DNA of 64,000 nt from a virus. Its lineage: Duplodnaviria; Caudoviricetes. The translations under genes and the position numbers were made by a program. Positions within the stretch are counted from its first letter, which is position 1, and every line of letters begins with the position of its first letter. The stretch is taken from the IMG/VR virus record IMGVR_UViG_3300032373_000001. One strand, 5' to 3'. Below the pieces are notes generated by a model. It was not told the DNA's origin. It saw only the letters and a list, made by a program, of their open reading frames with translations, and searched no databases. Shown here piece by piece: positions 52,565 through 61,846 of the stretch.

Positions 52565-54706
52565 CTACGGCTTCTTTGTTCCCCCGCCGTAGGTGATATT
52601 ACCCCACACGGGGGTGCGACCCCGTTGCTCCCTGTTGTCGGGGATGCGGGCAACCTCAGTTGCCATCGGAGTGGCCTGATAGTCGTGACCTACCGGGTAC
52701 GGGGGCGAGTCCTCGCAGTCTGCATCCTCTGGCCGGGTGTATCGGGTCTCGGGCCAGGGCAGCTCTTCCAACTCGATGCGGTTCAGCGGCACCCCATAAC
52801 GGATGTCGTTGACGTCCAGGTGCGAGATGGTGAAGCTCTGTTGGAGCGTCCTACCTCGGTGTTGGGTAGGGGTCACAGGACCGATGCTGTACCGTTCCCC
52901 GTTCTGTTTAACGATGAAGTCGTACTGGGTCACCCGAGGACTCGGGCCGATCCAGACCTCATAGGAGTTCTCCAGCACCCGACCCATGACGGTCTGGGTC
53001 ACCTGCCGGGAGCTCTCTTGGGGACCCACGATCATATCGTAGGGGCCTTCGTAGCCGCCCCTCCAGCCCGTACCGTAGCACTGCAAGCAGCGGTTGAGGG
53101 GCTGCTTGGTGTACTCCTGAAGGCGAGCATCCCACACGCAGTCGCAGGGGACGCCGTTCATCCTCTTGATGTAGAGCTTGACTCGCTCTCCCCCCTGCTC
53201 CAGGATCCACCTGTTGCGGGCAATCATCTCCCGCTCTATGTAGGTGAACTGCTCCGACTCCATCGGAGAAACTGGCTCCGAGTACTCCAGCGGGGTCTCT
53301 ACGAGCCCGGAAGGACTCGTACCTGTCTGGTCGATGGCGACCGAGGTGATCCTGTAGAAGACCTTGTTGCGTCGGTCCAGGGTGTTCTCGAGCTTGGGTC
53401 CCTTCCTGTACCAGTAGCGGACCACCACCGTGGAGGTCTCAGTGGGAGTCGGCGGGTCTACCCAAGACTCAGTGCTCGGATCCCAGACGCGCTCCCGGCT
53501 CAGGTCAATCTCCCCCGCGGGGCCGAACACTGCCCGCACTGGTACTTGGGCCCCATCCACATAGACCTGAACATCATTGGGGGCATTGGCATGAACCGCA
53601 TTGAGGGTGGGGACGATGCCAGGATCCTTCACGATGGGTCGATAGCGGGTGCGGAGCCGATAGCCCTTGTTGTTGGGGGAGTTGCCTTGGAAGATCCAAC
53701 CCCCCTCCCAAGGGATGACCTCATTGGGGACCTCCGCCACGTCCGTGCGGTCCCTGTAGAAGAGGCCCTGGACCGGCACCCGGTTCACCCGGTAGTAAGG
53801 TCCCCGCTCCCCGGTGTCGCTACGGTAGATGTTGACGCCGACGATGTCCCAGACAGAGTTGTTCTTGCCGGGAGGGCACGGATAGCCCGCGCCGCCTTGG
53901 GTGGCGGGCTGACCCAGGACCAAGGCTGTAGAGTTGGTTGCCAGGGCGATGCCGTTGCCCAAGACGCCTTCTGGGACTGCCAGAAGGTTCACGCAGTTGA
54001 CGCTGCCCTCGGCTGTGACCAGCTTAGTGAAGGCGTTCAGCGGGTCATTGAGGGCAGCCGCGATGCTTGGCCCCGCATCGTTGATGTTGAAGTCGTTCCC
54101 GCCCGGAGTACGAGAGGTGCCCCCCGTCAGGACGAAGCCGCCGATGCTCAGGTAGGCTTGGTCGGTGCCCCCCGTCAGGGTGGTGTTGGAGGGAATGATG
54201 CTGGCCGAGGTCGAGGAGAGAGTGATGCTGCTCCCCGCCGCACCGGCAGCCGAGGCCGTGAGCTGAACCTGAGTGCCAGCCGCTACAGCTGTTGCGGTGC
54301 CCCACCCGGCCACTGAACCGTCATTGATCGCATCGGTGATGTTGGAAGCAACCACGGCAGGGTCCGCCGAACTGCCATCGAACTCATCAGCGAAGCCCGG
54401 AGGACCGTCCGTTGCGGTGAGGATGACCCCATCAACCTCCAGGGTCCCCCCCGCAGCGATAGGGGCGGAGATAACCGTGAAGGAGCCTGTTGCAGTTGCC
54501 TCGACTGTAGGAACGCCGTCGATGACCACCGAGGCATACGCAGGGCTCGGTGGCACCGTGTTGACGGTCGGGCCGGTGTCGAGCGTAGACGGATCATCCC
54601 AGCGCAGGTCCGACTCCGATGAGCGGAAAGCGCTCATCGCCATGAAGTTCTGCGGGGGCCACGGCCACTGCCCCGTCAGATCAGAACACCCTGCTTGCTG
54701 AGACAT
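52565..54706 (-). CDS. Virion protein: neck/head-completion-like C-terminal domain plus N-terminal Ala/Gly/Thr-rich repeats
   Basis: GERVKLYIK...CDC...CLQCYGTGWRGGY; duplicated N-terminal module; FN3-like GVNIYRS. Confidence 0.55.
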   Translation of the reverse strand: MSQQAGCSDLTGQWPWPPQNFMAMSAFRSSESDLRWDDPSTLDTGPTVNTVPPSPAYASVVIDGVPTVEATATGSFTVISAPIAAGGTLEVDGVILTATDGPPGFADEFDGSSADPAVVASNITDAINDGSVAGWGTATAVAAGTQVQLTASAAGAAGSSITLSSTSASIIPSNTTLTGGTDQAYLSIGGFVLTGGTSRTPGGNDFNINDAGPSIAAALNDPLNAFTKLVTAEGSVNCVNLLAVPEGVLGNGIALATNSTALVLGQPATQGGAGYPCPPGKNNSVWDIVGVNIYRSDTGERGPYYRVNRVPVQGLFYRDRTDVAEVPNEVIPWEGGWIFQGNSPNNKGYRLRTRYRPIVKDPGIVPTLNAVHANAPNDVQVYVDGAQVPVRAVFGPAGEIDLSRERVWDPSTESWVDPPTPTETSTVVVRYWYRKGPKLENTLDRRNKVFYRITSVAIDQTGTSPSGLVETPLEYSEPVSPMESEQFTYIEREMIARNRWILEQGGERVKLYIKRMNGVPCDCVWDARLQEYTKQPLNRCLQCYGTGWRGGYEGPYDMIVGPQESSRQVTQTVMGRVLENSYEVWIGPSPRVTQYDFIVKQNGERYSIGPVTPTQHRGRTLQQSFTISHLDVNDIRYGVPLNRIELEELPWPETRYTRPEDADCEDSPPYPVGHDYQATPMATEVARIPDNREQRGRTPVWGNITYGGGTKKP

Positions 54707-54764
54707 CTATGCTCGCTCCCTACGGAGAGGGCAGGATAAAGCCCCTAACGGGTAACAGGCCCTC

Positions 54765-55007
54765 ATGAGAAACACCAAAGACTTCAGCAAGAACGAGCTC
54801 GCCTTCATAGACCAGAAGACTCGGCACTTCTGCGCCGAGTGGGCCGAGTACCAGATCCTCTACGGAGAAATCGATGCGCCCTTCAACCGTGCCCCGGAGC
54901 CCTATCGGGAGTGGGCTCTGACCAAGGGCTGGGTCAGCAAGAAGACGCCCCGGAAGCTGCTGGCCTCCGGGTTCAAGCGCGCTGAGATGGTGCTGAAGGG
55001 CAGCTGA
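54765..55007 (+). CDS. Small plus-strand hypothetical protein
   Basis: 80 aa filling the gap between minus-strand genes. Confidence 0.6.
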   Translation: MRNTKDFSKNELAFIDQKTRHFCAEWAEYQILYGEIDAPFNRAPEPYREWALTKGWVSKKTPRKLLASGFKRAEMVLKGS

Positions 55008-55340
55008 TCAGCCCTCTCCAGGCTCCGTCGCATCTTCGAGCACCTTTCCGGGCTTCGCTGCCTGGGCAGCAATCTTTGCTACCCGAACGAAGCGGTCGAC
55101 ATAGGCGATGCCCAGGATGGCCCCGACCTCCAGGAACACCGTACATACGGTGAGGACGCACATCCACCACCACAGTCCGGTGCCCTCTGCTCCGGGGTGG
55201 CCCATCAAGACCCAGAGGCCAGCGCCCAGCAGGACCTTGGAGGTGATCTCCGAGAGCAAGAACGCCAAGAACTTCTTGCTCTCCAGCGGAGAGGGATCGC
55301 GGACTTCAACTTTGGCCGGCGCTTCTACGGGAGTGCTCAT
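55008..55340 (-). CDS. Small two-TM membrane protein, holin-like
   Basis: SKKFLAFLL, two TM helices, charged tail; late-gene context. Confidence 0.5.
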   Translation of the reverse strand: MSTPVEAPAKVEVRDPSPLESKKFLAFLLSEITSKVLLGAGLWVLMGHPGAEGTGLWWWMCVLTVCTVFLEVGAILGIAYVDRFVRVAKIAAQAAKPGKVLEDATEPGEG

Positions 55341-55352
55341 GCACTCCCGTAG
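55325..55352 (-). promoter_or_regulatory. 12-bp hairpin with RBS in stem and ATG in loop
   Basis: CTACGGGAGTGC-ATGA-GCACTCCCGTAG. Confidence 0.8.
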
Positions 55353-55371
55353 GCATAAGCATTTCAGTGAG

Positions 55372-55998
55372 TCAGCGAAGGTAGCCGCTGAGGTAGTATT
55401 CCTTGGAGCCCATGACCGGCCCGCCGTTGTACCCCACCTCCCAGAACATCTCGGGGACCTCTTTCTCCAGGCGGGAAAGCATCTGCTCATCTTCCCAGGT
55501 CAGCTCGGAATCCCGCTTGCGGACCACGGCCCCTCGGTGCAGCCCCTCTTCGACTTCCCGTGCGCTTACCACGTCGCCGAGGATTGCCCCGACCGCCTCA
55601 GCCAGCTCTGCCGGAGTGCGGGAACCGCCGACCTGCTTGTCGAAGATCTTCTGGAGCTGGTAGCCCGAAGGGACCGAAGTGGTGCTGCGCGGGCGACCCT
55701 TGTGCTTCGAGCCGAAGTAATACTTCTTACCGTTGGCTTCGATCACCATGGAGTCGAGGAGGGTGCCGGAGCTCTGCTCGAACTCCAGGACCTTCACCTT
55801 CTTGGTGGGTATGATCTCAACCTCATCCCCGAACATCTTCTCGTAGGGGTAGAGACGCCCGTTGGGGCTGAGATAGATGATCGGGTCATTCCCTCGGGGG
55901 TAGAGGCGGAGCGCCCCCTTGAGGGTCCAAGTCTGGCCAGGGGCCAACTTGGTGTCCAGGTACATCGCCAAGACCCGAAGCGCTGAAATCCGTCGCAT
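55372..55998 (-). CDS. Hypothetical late protein
   Basis: RBS AGGAGG; MRRISALRV. Confidence 0.65.
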   Translation of the reverse strand: MRRISALRVLAMYLDTKLAPGQTWTLKGALRLYPRGNDPIIYLSPNGRLYPYEKMFGDEVEIIPTKKVKVLEFEQSSGTLLDSMVIEANGKKYYFGSKHKGRPRSTTSVPSGYQLQKIFDKQVGGSRTPAELAEAVGAILGDVVSAREVEEGLHRGAVVRKRDSELTWEDEQMLSRLEKEVPEMFWEVGYNGGPVMGSKEYYLSGYLR

Positions 55999-56084
55999 TC
56001 TCGACCTCCTGCCCAGCTGCGCAGATAAACTACCGAGCGGGATACCAATACGGGCGACATTTACGGAAATCCACGCCTTCGGGC

Positions 56085-59000
56085 TCACTGATCCTCGTCG
56101 TAAGTGAAGAGGAACTCGCCTTCACTGACGTACTGAGCTGCGCCAGGGTCCACGTTTTTGGCTCCTCCAGCGGGGTCGGTCGTCACAACATATGTGACCG
56201 CATAGCTGAAGGAAGGGGGGGCCGAACCTACAGCGAGCGAGACCAGGACGCGGTTCGCCGTCAGCTCCTTCCGACGAGCATCGAGGGCTTCGGATGTGGT
56301 GTAGCCTTGAGCCTGGAGCGTGGCATCATCCGAGACCCCTTCGATGCTACGCCCGTCCAGCCCAAGGATGTATGCCCGGCTACTGGAGACCCCCAAAGAA
56401 CTCAGGGAAGCTGACGCCTCCAGCAAGGTCAGGGCCGCATCATCTTGGAACACCCCACGGAACTCCCCCTCCGGACCCCCTCCGTCCGTGGTGGCGAACT
56501 GGAGCCCCTTGTTCAGGAGGTACACCGAGCTCTGGTTGGTGCTCAGAGAGGTCACGAAGGTGCTCTCGGAGGCAGTGTCTGTTGAGACCGCTTCCCGGAT
56601 GAGGAGCGCTCCCTCTTCCGGGAGCACGACCGAAAGCGGGACCACCACATAGCTCACGCCTTCTGTGTTCTCGATCACCCGGATCAGGTCACTCTGACGC
56701 ACTGCCTCGCTCAGGCGGAGGTTGTTGAAGTAGTTGGTCAGGTTGGTGCGCAAAGCAGCATCGACCGTAGCGCGGTCCCGGCCTTGAACCAGGACCACTG
56801 TTGCCTGAACCCCCAACGGGACCGCAGGAGACTCTTTGGCCAAGACGTCCGCCGTGGCATGCTTCTTCGTGTCGATGGCATCTTGGGTCTGAGTGACGAT
56901 GAGGTTGGTGGTGTAGGTGACCGTGAAGTTCTCGTCGTGCTCGTAGGAGACCAAGACCGTATCGCCGCTGACGATGCTGCCACCCTCAACGCGAGTGATG
57001 CTCAGAGCAGTGGTCTGGGTGCCCAGCGTGATGGTGTAGTCCGGAGAGCCGGAAGGGTCATCAGGACCCTTGTAAGTAGTGACGCCATCTGCACTCTTGA
57101 CCACAACCGTCAGGAAGTTGGCCCCCAGATTGTCCACCGACTCCGGGTAGGTGCCCAACAGGACATGGGACTCGTCCGTGACCGGAATCGGGTCCCCCGA
57201 AGGCAGAGTGCTCCCATCCTCTCCGGTGAAGCTGGAGATCTGGATGTAGGCCTGAGCAAGAATACTGCGACCTTCCTGCAACGGGGCATCTGGCCGGATC
57301 AGAGAAAACGCCGTGGAAGGAATGTCTCCCGTCTGAACACCGACCACCGAAGTCACAGAGTTGACTGGCTGACGGGGAAGAACGAAGGTGTTCCCAGCCC
57401 TGCGCCGATAGCTGCCCAAGACGACATCAGTGACGGCCACGGAGGGCTGGGTGATGGAAGTGTCGAGCTGGATGGTGTTGAAGGAGGTGACTGTCACCCC
57501 GGTCAGGTCAAACACTTCTCCGGAAGAGGCATTGCGGAACTCATAGCCTGCATCGGGGTCGTCGAGCATCTCGATGATAGGGTTAGACTCGCTGAGTAGC
57601 GAGTCCACCGCCTGGAAGGTGAGATCTTCCGGGTCCCCGATGACCTCGAACTGGATGTCTTGGCCGATCTCAAAGGTGAACGCGAAGGTGTCGGTCACGG
57701 TTGCCAGGTTGGTCCCCTGGACCCAGACGTCAACCTTCCCCCCTCGGTGAACCCCCCCATCGTCCAGGTCTCGCTGCATGAGCGGATCGCCAGCGGCGAC
57801 CACTTCCGCTTGGGTCACTCCGGGTTGGTCTGCGGCGGTCTGCAAGTACCCTTGGGCAGTCCCAGAGTCCACGCTGGCGAGGGCGTTGCGCACTCGGACC
57901 GTCAGCTCCAGGTTGCTCTCCCGGTCCCTTCCCGGAGACGGGGCGGCAGCGTTGACGACGCTGAGTGATCCAGGGAGGTTGCTCACGACCGAATTGATCT
58001 GGCCTCGGCCAACATTGCCTGCCGTGCCCAGCGTCAAGCACTTCACCGGGACCGTGACCTCGTAGCGGCCCGTCACGGGGTCGAAGTAGCTGGCGAGGTT
58101 GGCGAACTCGATCGAAGAGGCGCGGGTGGTGCTGAACTGAACACCGCCGCCGCTCACGATGGTGCCCAGGGGGAGAGGCAGCGTCTGGGTCGGGCGACGG
58201 GTGGTGAAGAAGGTCACCTCACCCTGGCTGGCAGTCCCCGAAAGTCTCTTCTTGCCGTAGTTACTGGCGGCAGCTTCGAAGGCGGAGTCGATGAGGTCTT
58301 GAGCGGCCTGGGACGAGTTCAAGAACAGGGCAGCCTGGAGCGCTTGCTTATAGGGGCTCTGGGAGACTGGGAGGCTTTCGTTGGAGCCGCTCGGGTCATC
58401 GATCTGAATCAAGAGGTCAGGCGTCCGTGCTCGGTTGAAGAAGTCCTGAATGAACCGCAGACGCAAGTTGGCCTGGGCGAACGGGTCGATGACCGTATCC
58501 CGCAGGGCACTCCCCGCCTCCACCTTGACCTGGGGGTTGCTACGGAAGACCGCAGTGATCCACTCCTGGACGATCTCTTGGCGGTTGGCGACGGGGATGC
58601 TCTGGAGGGTGGAGGTCACCGAGACCGGCCGACCCACCACCTCTTCGCTGAAAGAACTCTCGTACTCGATGTTGAGGGTGGCATCGTAGTACAAGCCCGT
58701 CACTACATAGTAGAGCGGCACGCTGTCGTCCAAGACCGCGAAGCTGCCGACCCGAACCGTGGCCGGAGTAGAAGTCGGCCCGGCAGTCCGGCTGTGGTCG
58801 AAGGAGTACTGCGTGAAGCTCCTCACCGATACCAGCGTCGAGGTGATCTTCACGGTGCGGGCTGTCTCGGGGGCCTCATACCTTTGAGTGAAGTCCGACT
58901 GGAGGGTGGTGCCGCCCTCATCCTCTTGAGAGCCCGCCAGTCGGTAGTAGAGGGGATCCGCGAGGGGATTCCCCTCTCCGTCCACCGGGACCTCCGCACT

Positions 59001-59552
59001 AACTTCCAAGGAACCGAACTCTTCATCCTCAGTTTCCGTGGTGCCTTCAGCGACAGGACTCACGTTGACCTGAGTGTAGCCCTCAGCACCTCCTCCGGGA
59101 AAAGCCGACGCATAGAAATTCAGACCCTGGAACCCAGTCGCGGCAGTGACCTCCGCTCGGACTTCAACGCTGGCGTTCTTCTGGTTCACGGAGATGTTCG
59201 TGGGCACTGCTGCCACCACCCCCGCAGCGTCAGGATCTACGATCCTGACCTGAGCGGCAGCGCTGGGCGTAACGGAGCCCGAAGGGAGGATTGCACGGAT
59301 CTCTACAGTGTTGAGTCCCTGGCTGAGGTACAGCCCCTCCGGCTCGGCAAGCGGGTTCGGGACAGTCCAGGCCCCGTCCCCCCACTGGACCAAGTCGGGG
59401 TCCGAGCTGAATCCAGAGCCGTCGATGCTGACCTGAACATCTACAGCATCGACTGGGATGGTCCCACTGAAGAAGCGCACTGACAAGCTGGTGCTGAAAT
59501 ACACCGACTCGCGGGCAACGCCATCGGGGCCAGTGACAGTCGGGTTCGCCAT
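56085..59552 (-). CDS. Large baseplate J/gp47-like wedge protein with accessory Ig-like domains
   Basis: GSALRDTVIDP, RLSGTASQGEVTFF, GTAGNV, GRDRESN.EL..R, GGKVDVWV baseplate-J pattern. Confidence 0.8.
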   Translation of the reverse strand: MANPTVTGPDGVARESVYFSTSLSVRFFSGTIPVDAVDVQVSIDGSGFSSDPDLVQWGDGAWTVPNPLAEPEGLYLSQGLNTVEIRAILPSGSVTPSAAAQVRIVDPDAAGVVAAVPTNISVNQKNASVEVRAEVTAATGFQGLNFYASAFPGGGAEGYTQVNVSPVAEGTTETEDEEFGSLEVSAEVPVDGEGNPLADPLYYRLAGSQEDEGGTTLQSDFTQRYEAPETARTVKITSTLVSVRSFTQYSFDHSRTAGPTSTPATVRVGSFAVLDDSVPLYYVVTGLYYDATLNIEYESSFSEEVVGRPVSVTSTLQSIPVANRQEIVQEWITAVFRSNPQVKVEAGSALRDTVIDPFAQANLRLRFIQDFFNRARTPDLLIQIDDPSGSNESLPVSQSPYKQALQAALFLNSSQAAQDLIDSAFEAAASNYGKKRLSGTASQGEVTFFTTRRPTQTLPLPLGTIVSGGGVQFSTTRASSIEFANLASYFDPVTGRYEVTVPVKCLTLGTAGNVGRGQINSVVSNLPGSLSVVNAAAPSPGRDRESNLELTVRVRNALASVDSGTAQGYLQTAADQPGVTQAEVVAAGDPLMQRDLDDGGVHRGGKVDVWVQGTNLATVTDTFAFTFEIGQDIQFEVIGDPEDLTFQAVDSLLSESNPIIEMLDDPDAGYEFRNASSGEVFDLTGVTVTSFNTIQLDTSITQPSVAVTDVVLGSYRRRAGNTFVLPRQPVNSVTSVVGVQTGDIPSTAFSLIRPDAPLQEGRSILAQAYIQISSFTGEDGSTLPSGDPIPVTDESHVLLGTYPESVDNLGANFLTVVVKSADGVTTYKGPDDPSGSPDYTITLGTQTTALSITRVEGGSIVSGDTVLVSYEHDENFTVTYTTNLIVTQTQDAIDTKKHATADVLAKESPAVPLGVQATVVLVQGRDRATVDAALRTNLTNYFNNLRLSEAVRQSDLIRVIENTEGVSYVVVPLSVVLPEEGALLIREAVSTDTASESTFVTSLSTNQSSVYLLNKGLQFATTDGGGPEGEFRGVFQDDAALTLLEASASLSSLGVSSSRAYILGLDGRSIEGVSDDATLQAQGYTTSEALDARRKELTANRVLVSLAVGSAPPSFSYAVTYVVTTDPAGGAKNVDPGAAQYVSEGEFLFTYDEDQ

Positions 59553-59554
59553 GA

Positions 59555-60721
59555 TTACCTACCGAAGAGGGAGTGGGTTCCGGTCAATCCTACCCCCTGG
59601 ATGCCCAGCGGCTGACCGTTACTGCCGCCCAGAGCAACGGCTCCAGGCACCGTGAACACAGTGGTCAGGCTCACTGGCTGGTTGGAGCCGTTGCGGACCA
59701 CGACCTCCACAAAGAACACCGTAGGGTCTTCCGCTGAGGGGGCCACGTCCACGTTCTGAATCTGGAACAGCTGCTCGCGCGAAGTCACCGACTGGTAACG
59801 TCGCTGCTGGTTTTGGAGCGCCTGAACTCGCTGGAGGGCATTCTGCACGTCCTCTCGCACCAAGGCTGCGGAGGCCGAGGCGAGCTTCTTGTTGAGGCGA
59901 GAGATGAGCTTGGAGCCGTAGCTGGGATAGAAGGGGTTGCTGCCCTGAACCGTGAGGATCGCCTTCAGGCAAGCCTGGTACAGCAGGTCCTCGTTCTGGA
60001 TGCGGATGACCTCGCCTTCCGGGTCGAAGCGCCAGTCGTTCTCCACCCAAGTCGCACCGCACCGAACACAGCGTTCTGGGGGCGAAGTGTAGCTGACCTT
60101 CAGGTCGGGGTTGTTCAGGAGCTTGGACCGGAATCGCGGATATCGCTTGGGCTGGAGACCCAGCTGCTGCAAGGAGGGATAGACGTCCTGTTGAGCGATC
60201 AGGTCCCACCCAGGATAGACGTTCTTGCCTCTCGTCCCCCGCTGAACGAAGCCCAGAGACTTGGACCCCGCGCCGCTGACCCGAACATAACTTGAGGGGC
60301 CGAGTTCGTTGCGGTCCTGGAGGTAGAGGGCACTGTTCTCGGAGCCTACTTCAACGAGGTTGTTCGCTGCAGTGTTCAGGCGGAAGGCACTGAGGACCCG
60401 GCTCAGGGGGATGCGGGTCCCCACGGGCAGGGAGACCGCGGAGGAACCTGACGAGGTTGTCACAGTGATCTGGTTGCCCGTCGACCCGATCAAGTCTTGG
60501 CACTGGCGGATTCGATAGGGGCCGAAGCCCCCCACCAGCCTCGCGGGAGCATCCAGCCCCGAAGAGGGGATGTAGAGGGAGTCGTTGGCCAGGATGCGCA
60601 CCGAACCTGCCCCCGCGACCGGAGACCGAGGAATGAGGCTCCTGCGGTCGGTGCTCAGAGCAACAGGCTCTTCCCGAATGTAATGGGGGCATTGCCACCC
60701 CAGCCGGATCTCAGTACTCAA
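59555..60721 (-). CDS. Baseplate wedge protein with C-terminal GPW/gp25-like domain
   Basis: LYQACLKAILTVQGSNPFYPSYGSKL; adjacent to baseplate J. Confidence 0.75.
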   Translation of the reverse strand: MSTEIRLGWQCPHYIREEPVALSTDRRSLIPRSPVAGAGSVRILANDSLYIPSSGLDAPARLVGGFGPYRIRQCQDLIGSTGNQITVTTSSGSSAVSLPVGTRIPLSRVLSAFRLNTAANNLVEVGSENSALYLQDRNELGPSSYVRVSGAGSKSLGFVQRGTRGKNVYPGWDLIAQQDVYPSLQQLGLQPKRYPRFRSKLLNNPDLKVSYTSPPERCVRCGATWVENDWRFDPEGEVIRIQNEDLLYQACLKAILTVQGSNPFYPSYGSKLISRLNKKLASASAALVREDVQNALQRVQALQNQQRRYQSVTSREQLFQIQNVDVAPSAEDPTVFFVEVVVRNGSNQPVSLTTVFTVPGAVALGGSNGQPLGIQGVGLTGTHSLFGR

Positions 60722-60727
60722 CTGCTT

Positions 60728-60750
60728 GACCCCTCCTGCCAGGAGGGGTC
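60728..60750 (-). promoter_or_regulatory. RBS-sequestering hairpin
   Basis: GACCCCTCCT-ggc-AGGAGGGGTC, then 6 nt to TTG start. Confidence 0.7.
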
Positions 60751-60775
60751 AGATAGTCCTGTTAGCGGAAACAAC

Positions 60776-61846
60776 CTATTCGTTGAGGATAAGCCTACTC
60801 ACAGTGAGGTCTCCCGACACAACCTGGTAGGAATGGGCCAACCTCCTCAGAGAGTCGTTGTTCTGGCCGAGCATGATGACGTGGAGCTTAATGTTGGCCC
60901 GGTCGAACATGTACCGCAGGTCCTGCCAGTTGAGCCCCTCGTCCTCCCCATCCGACACCAAGATCACGTCCCCCTTGTCGTACTCGACCTTCTGGAAGTC
61001 GCTGAGGACAGTGGTGAGAGCGCGGGTGGTGTTCGTCCCGCCCATGTCCGGGAACCCCTGCTGGAGACGAGCCTGCCTCCAGTGAAGCGCATCGCGGGTG
61101 GAGTTGATCTTCGTCAGGGGGGTGACCTCGGTGCCGAAGCACCGCAAGTAGAACGGGACTTCCGCCCGCACCGCCTTGTCCAGTAGGCGGAAGATGACCC
61201 CCATCCACACCGGAGGACGCCAAGCGTTCTCTCTTCCATGCATAGAGCCCGAACAGTCCAGCAAGGGGTACAGGACCTGAAGCTCTTCCCGATACTTCGG
61301 CTTGTGTATGTCTTCCATCTTGACGTGGCGCTCGACAGGGACCCGCACCAGGGCTTCTCCGCTGAACACGCGAGCGCGTCGGATGGCTGGCGTGAAGCAC
61401 TTCTCCTGCTCCAAGAGGTACATCTGCTCCTCCGGGGAGCGGATGGGGCGGACGGCGAACTCCCCCGTGGGGTAGGGGACCTCCCGCTCGTGTACGCTCA
61501 CCTCTCCCGAGGGCAGGTACTCGTAGCCGATGAGCACCTTCTTGCGGGTGAACCGGACGTGGCCGGTGACCTCTTCGATCACATCTCGCAGGCGGAAGTC
61601 CTGCTCGGCTTCCCTCGCCTCCAGCTCCGCTTGAGCCTCCGCCAGCTGCTCCGCCTCCTCCGCTTCTGCGATGAAAGAAGTCGGGGGTGGGGGAACCTCC
61701 TCGGCCTCCTCGATGTCCTCCGGGAGAGGGTCCTCCTCGATCATGAGGCGGCGGAACCCGGGGAACTTCTTCACCCCATACCAGCCCAGCAAGAGCAGGA
61801 TTGGGGGGGCGGCGGCTCCGACGGCCCAGAGAATCGGAAGGGGCAT
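60776..61846 (-). CDS. Membrane-anchored VWA (MIDAS) protein, ViaA-like
   Basis: N-terminal TM helix; LLDCSGSM, GGTN, VILVSDGED. Confidence 0.85.
   Translation of the reverse strand: MPLPILWAVGAAAPPILLLLGWYGVKKFPGFRRLMIEEDPLPEDIEEAEEVPPPPTSFIAEAEEAEQLAEAQAELEAREAEQDFRLRDVIEEVTGHVRFTRKKVLIGYEYLPSGEVSVHEREVPYPTGEFAVRPIRSPEEQMYLLEQEKCFTPAIRRARVFSGEALVRVPVERHVKMEDIHKPKYREELQVLYPLLDCSGSMHGRENAWRPPVWMGVIFRLLDKAVRAEVPFYLRCFGTEVTPLTKINSTRDALHWRQARLQQGFPDMGGTNTTRALTTVLSDFQKVEYDKGDVILVSDGEDEGLNWQDLRYMFDRANIKLHVIMLGQNNDSLRRLAHSYQVVSGDLTVSRLILNE

Noticed and set aside
10055-59483. Long plus-strand ORFs (e.g. 10055-11440, 23412-24806, 36591-38153, 52424-54316, 58299-59483)
   Set aside because: They lie exactly antisense to well-supported genes. 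They are stop-poor shadows of GC-rich codon bias, with no RBS or recognisable motifs.
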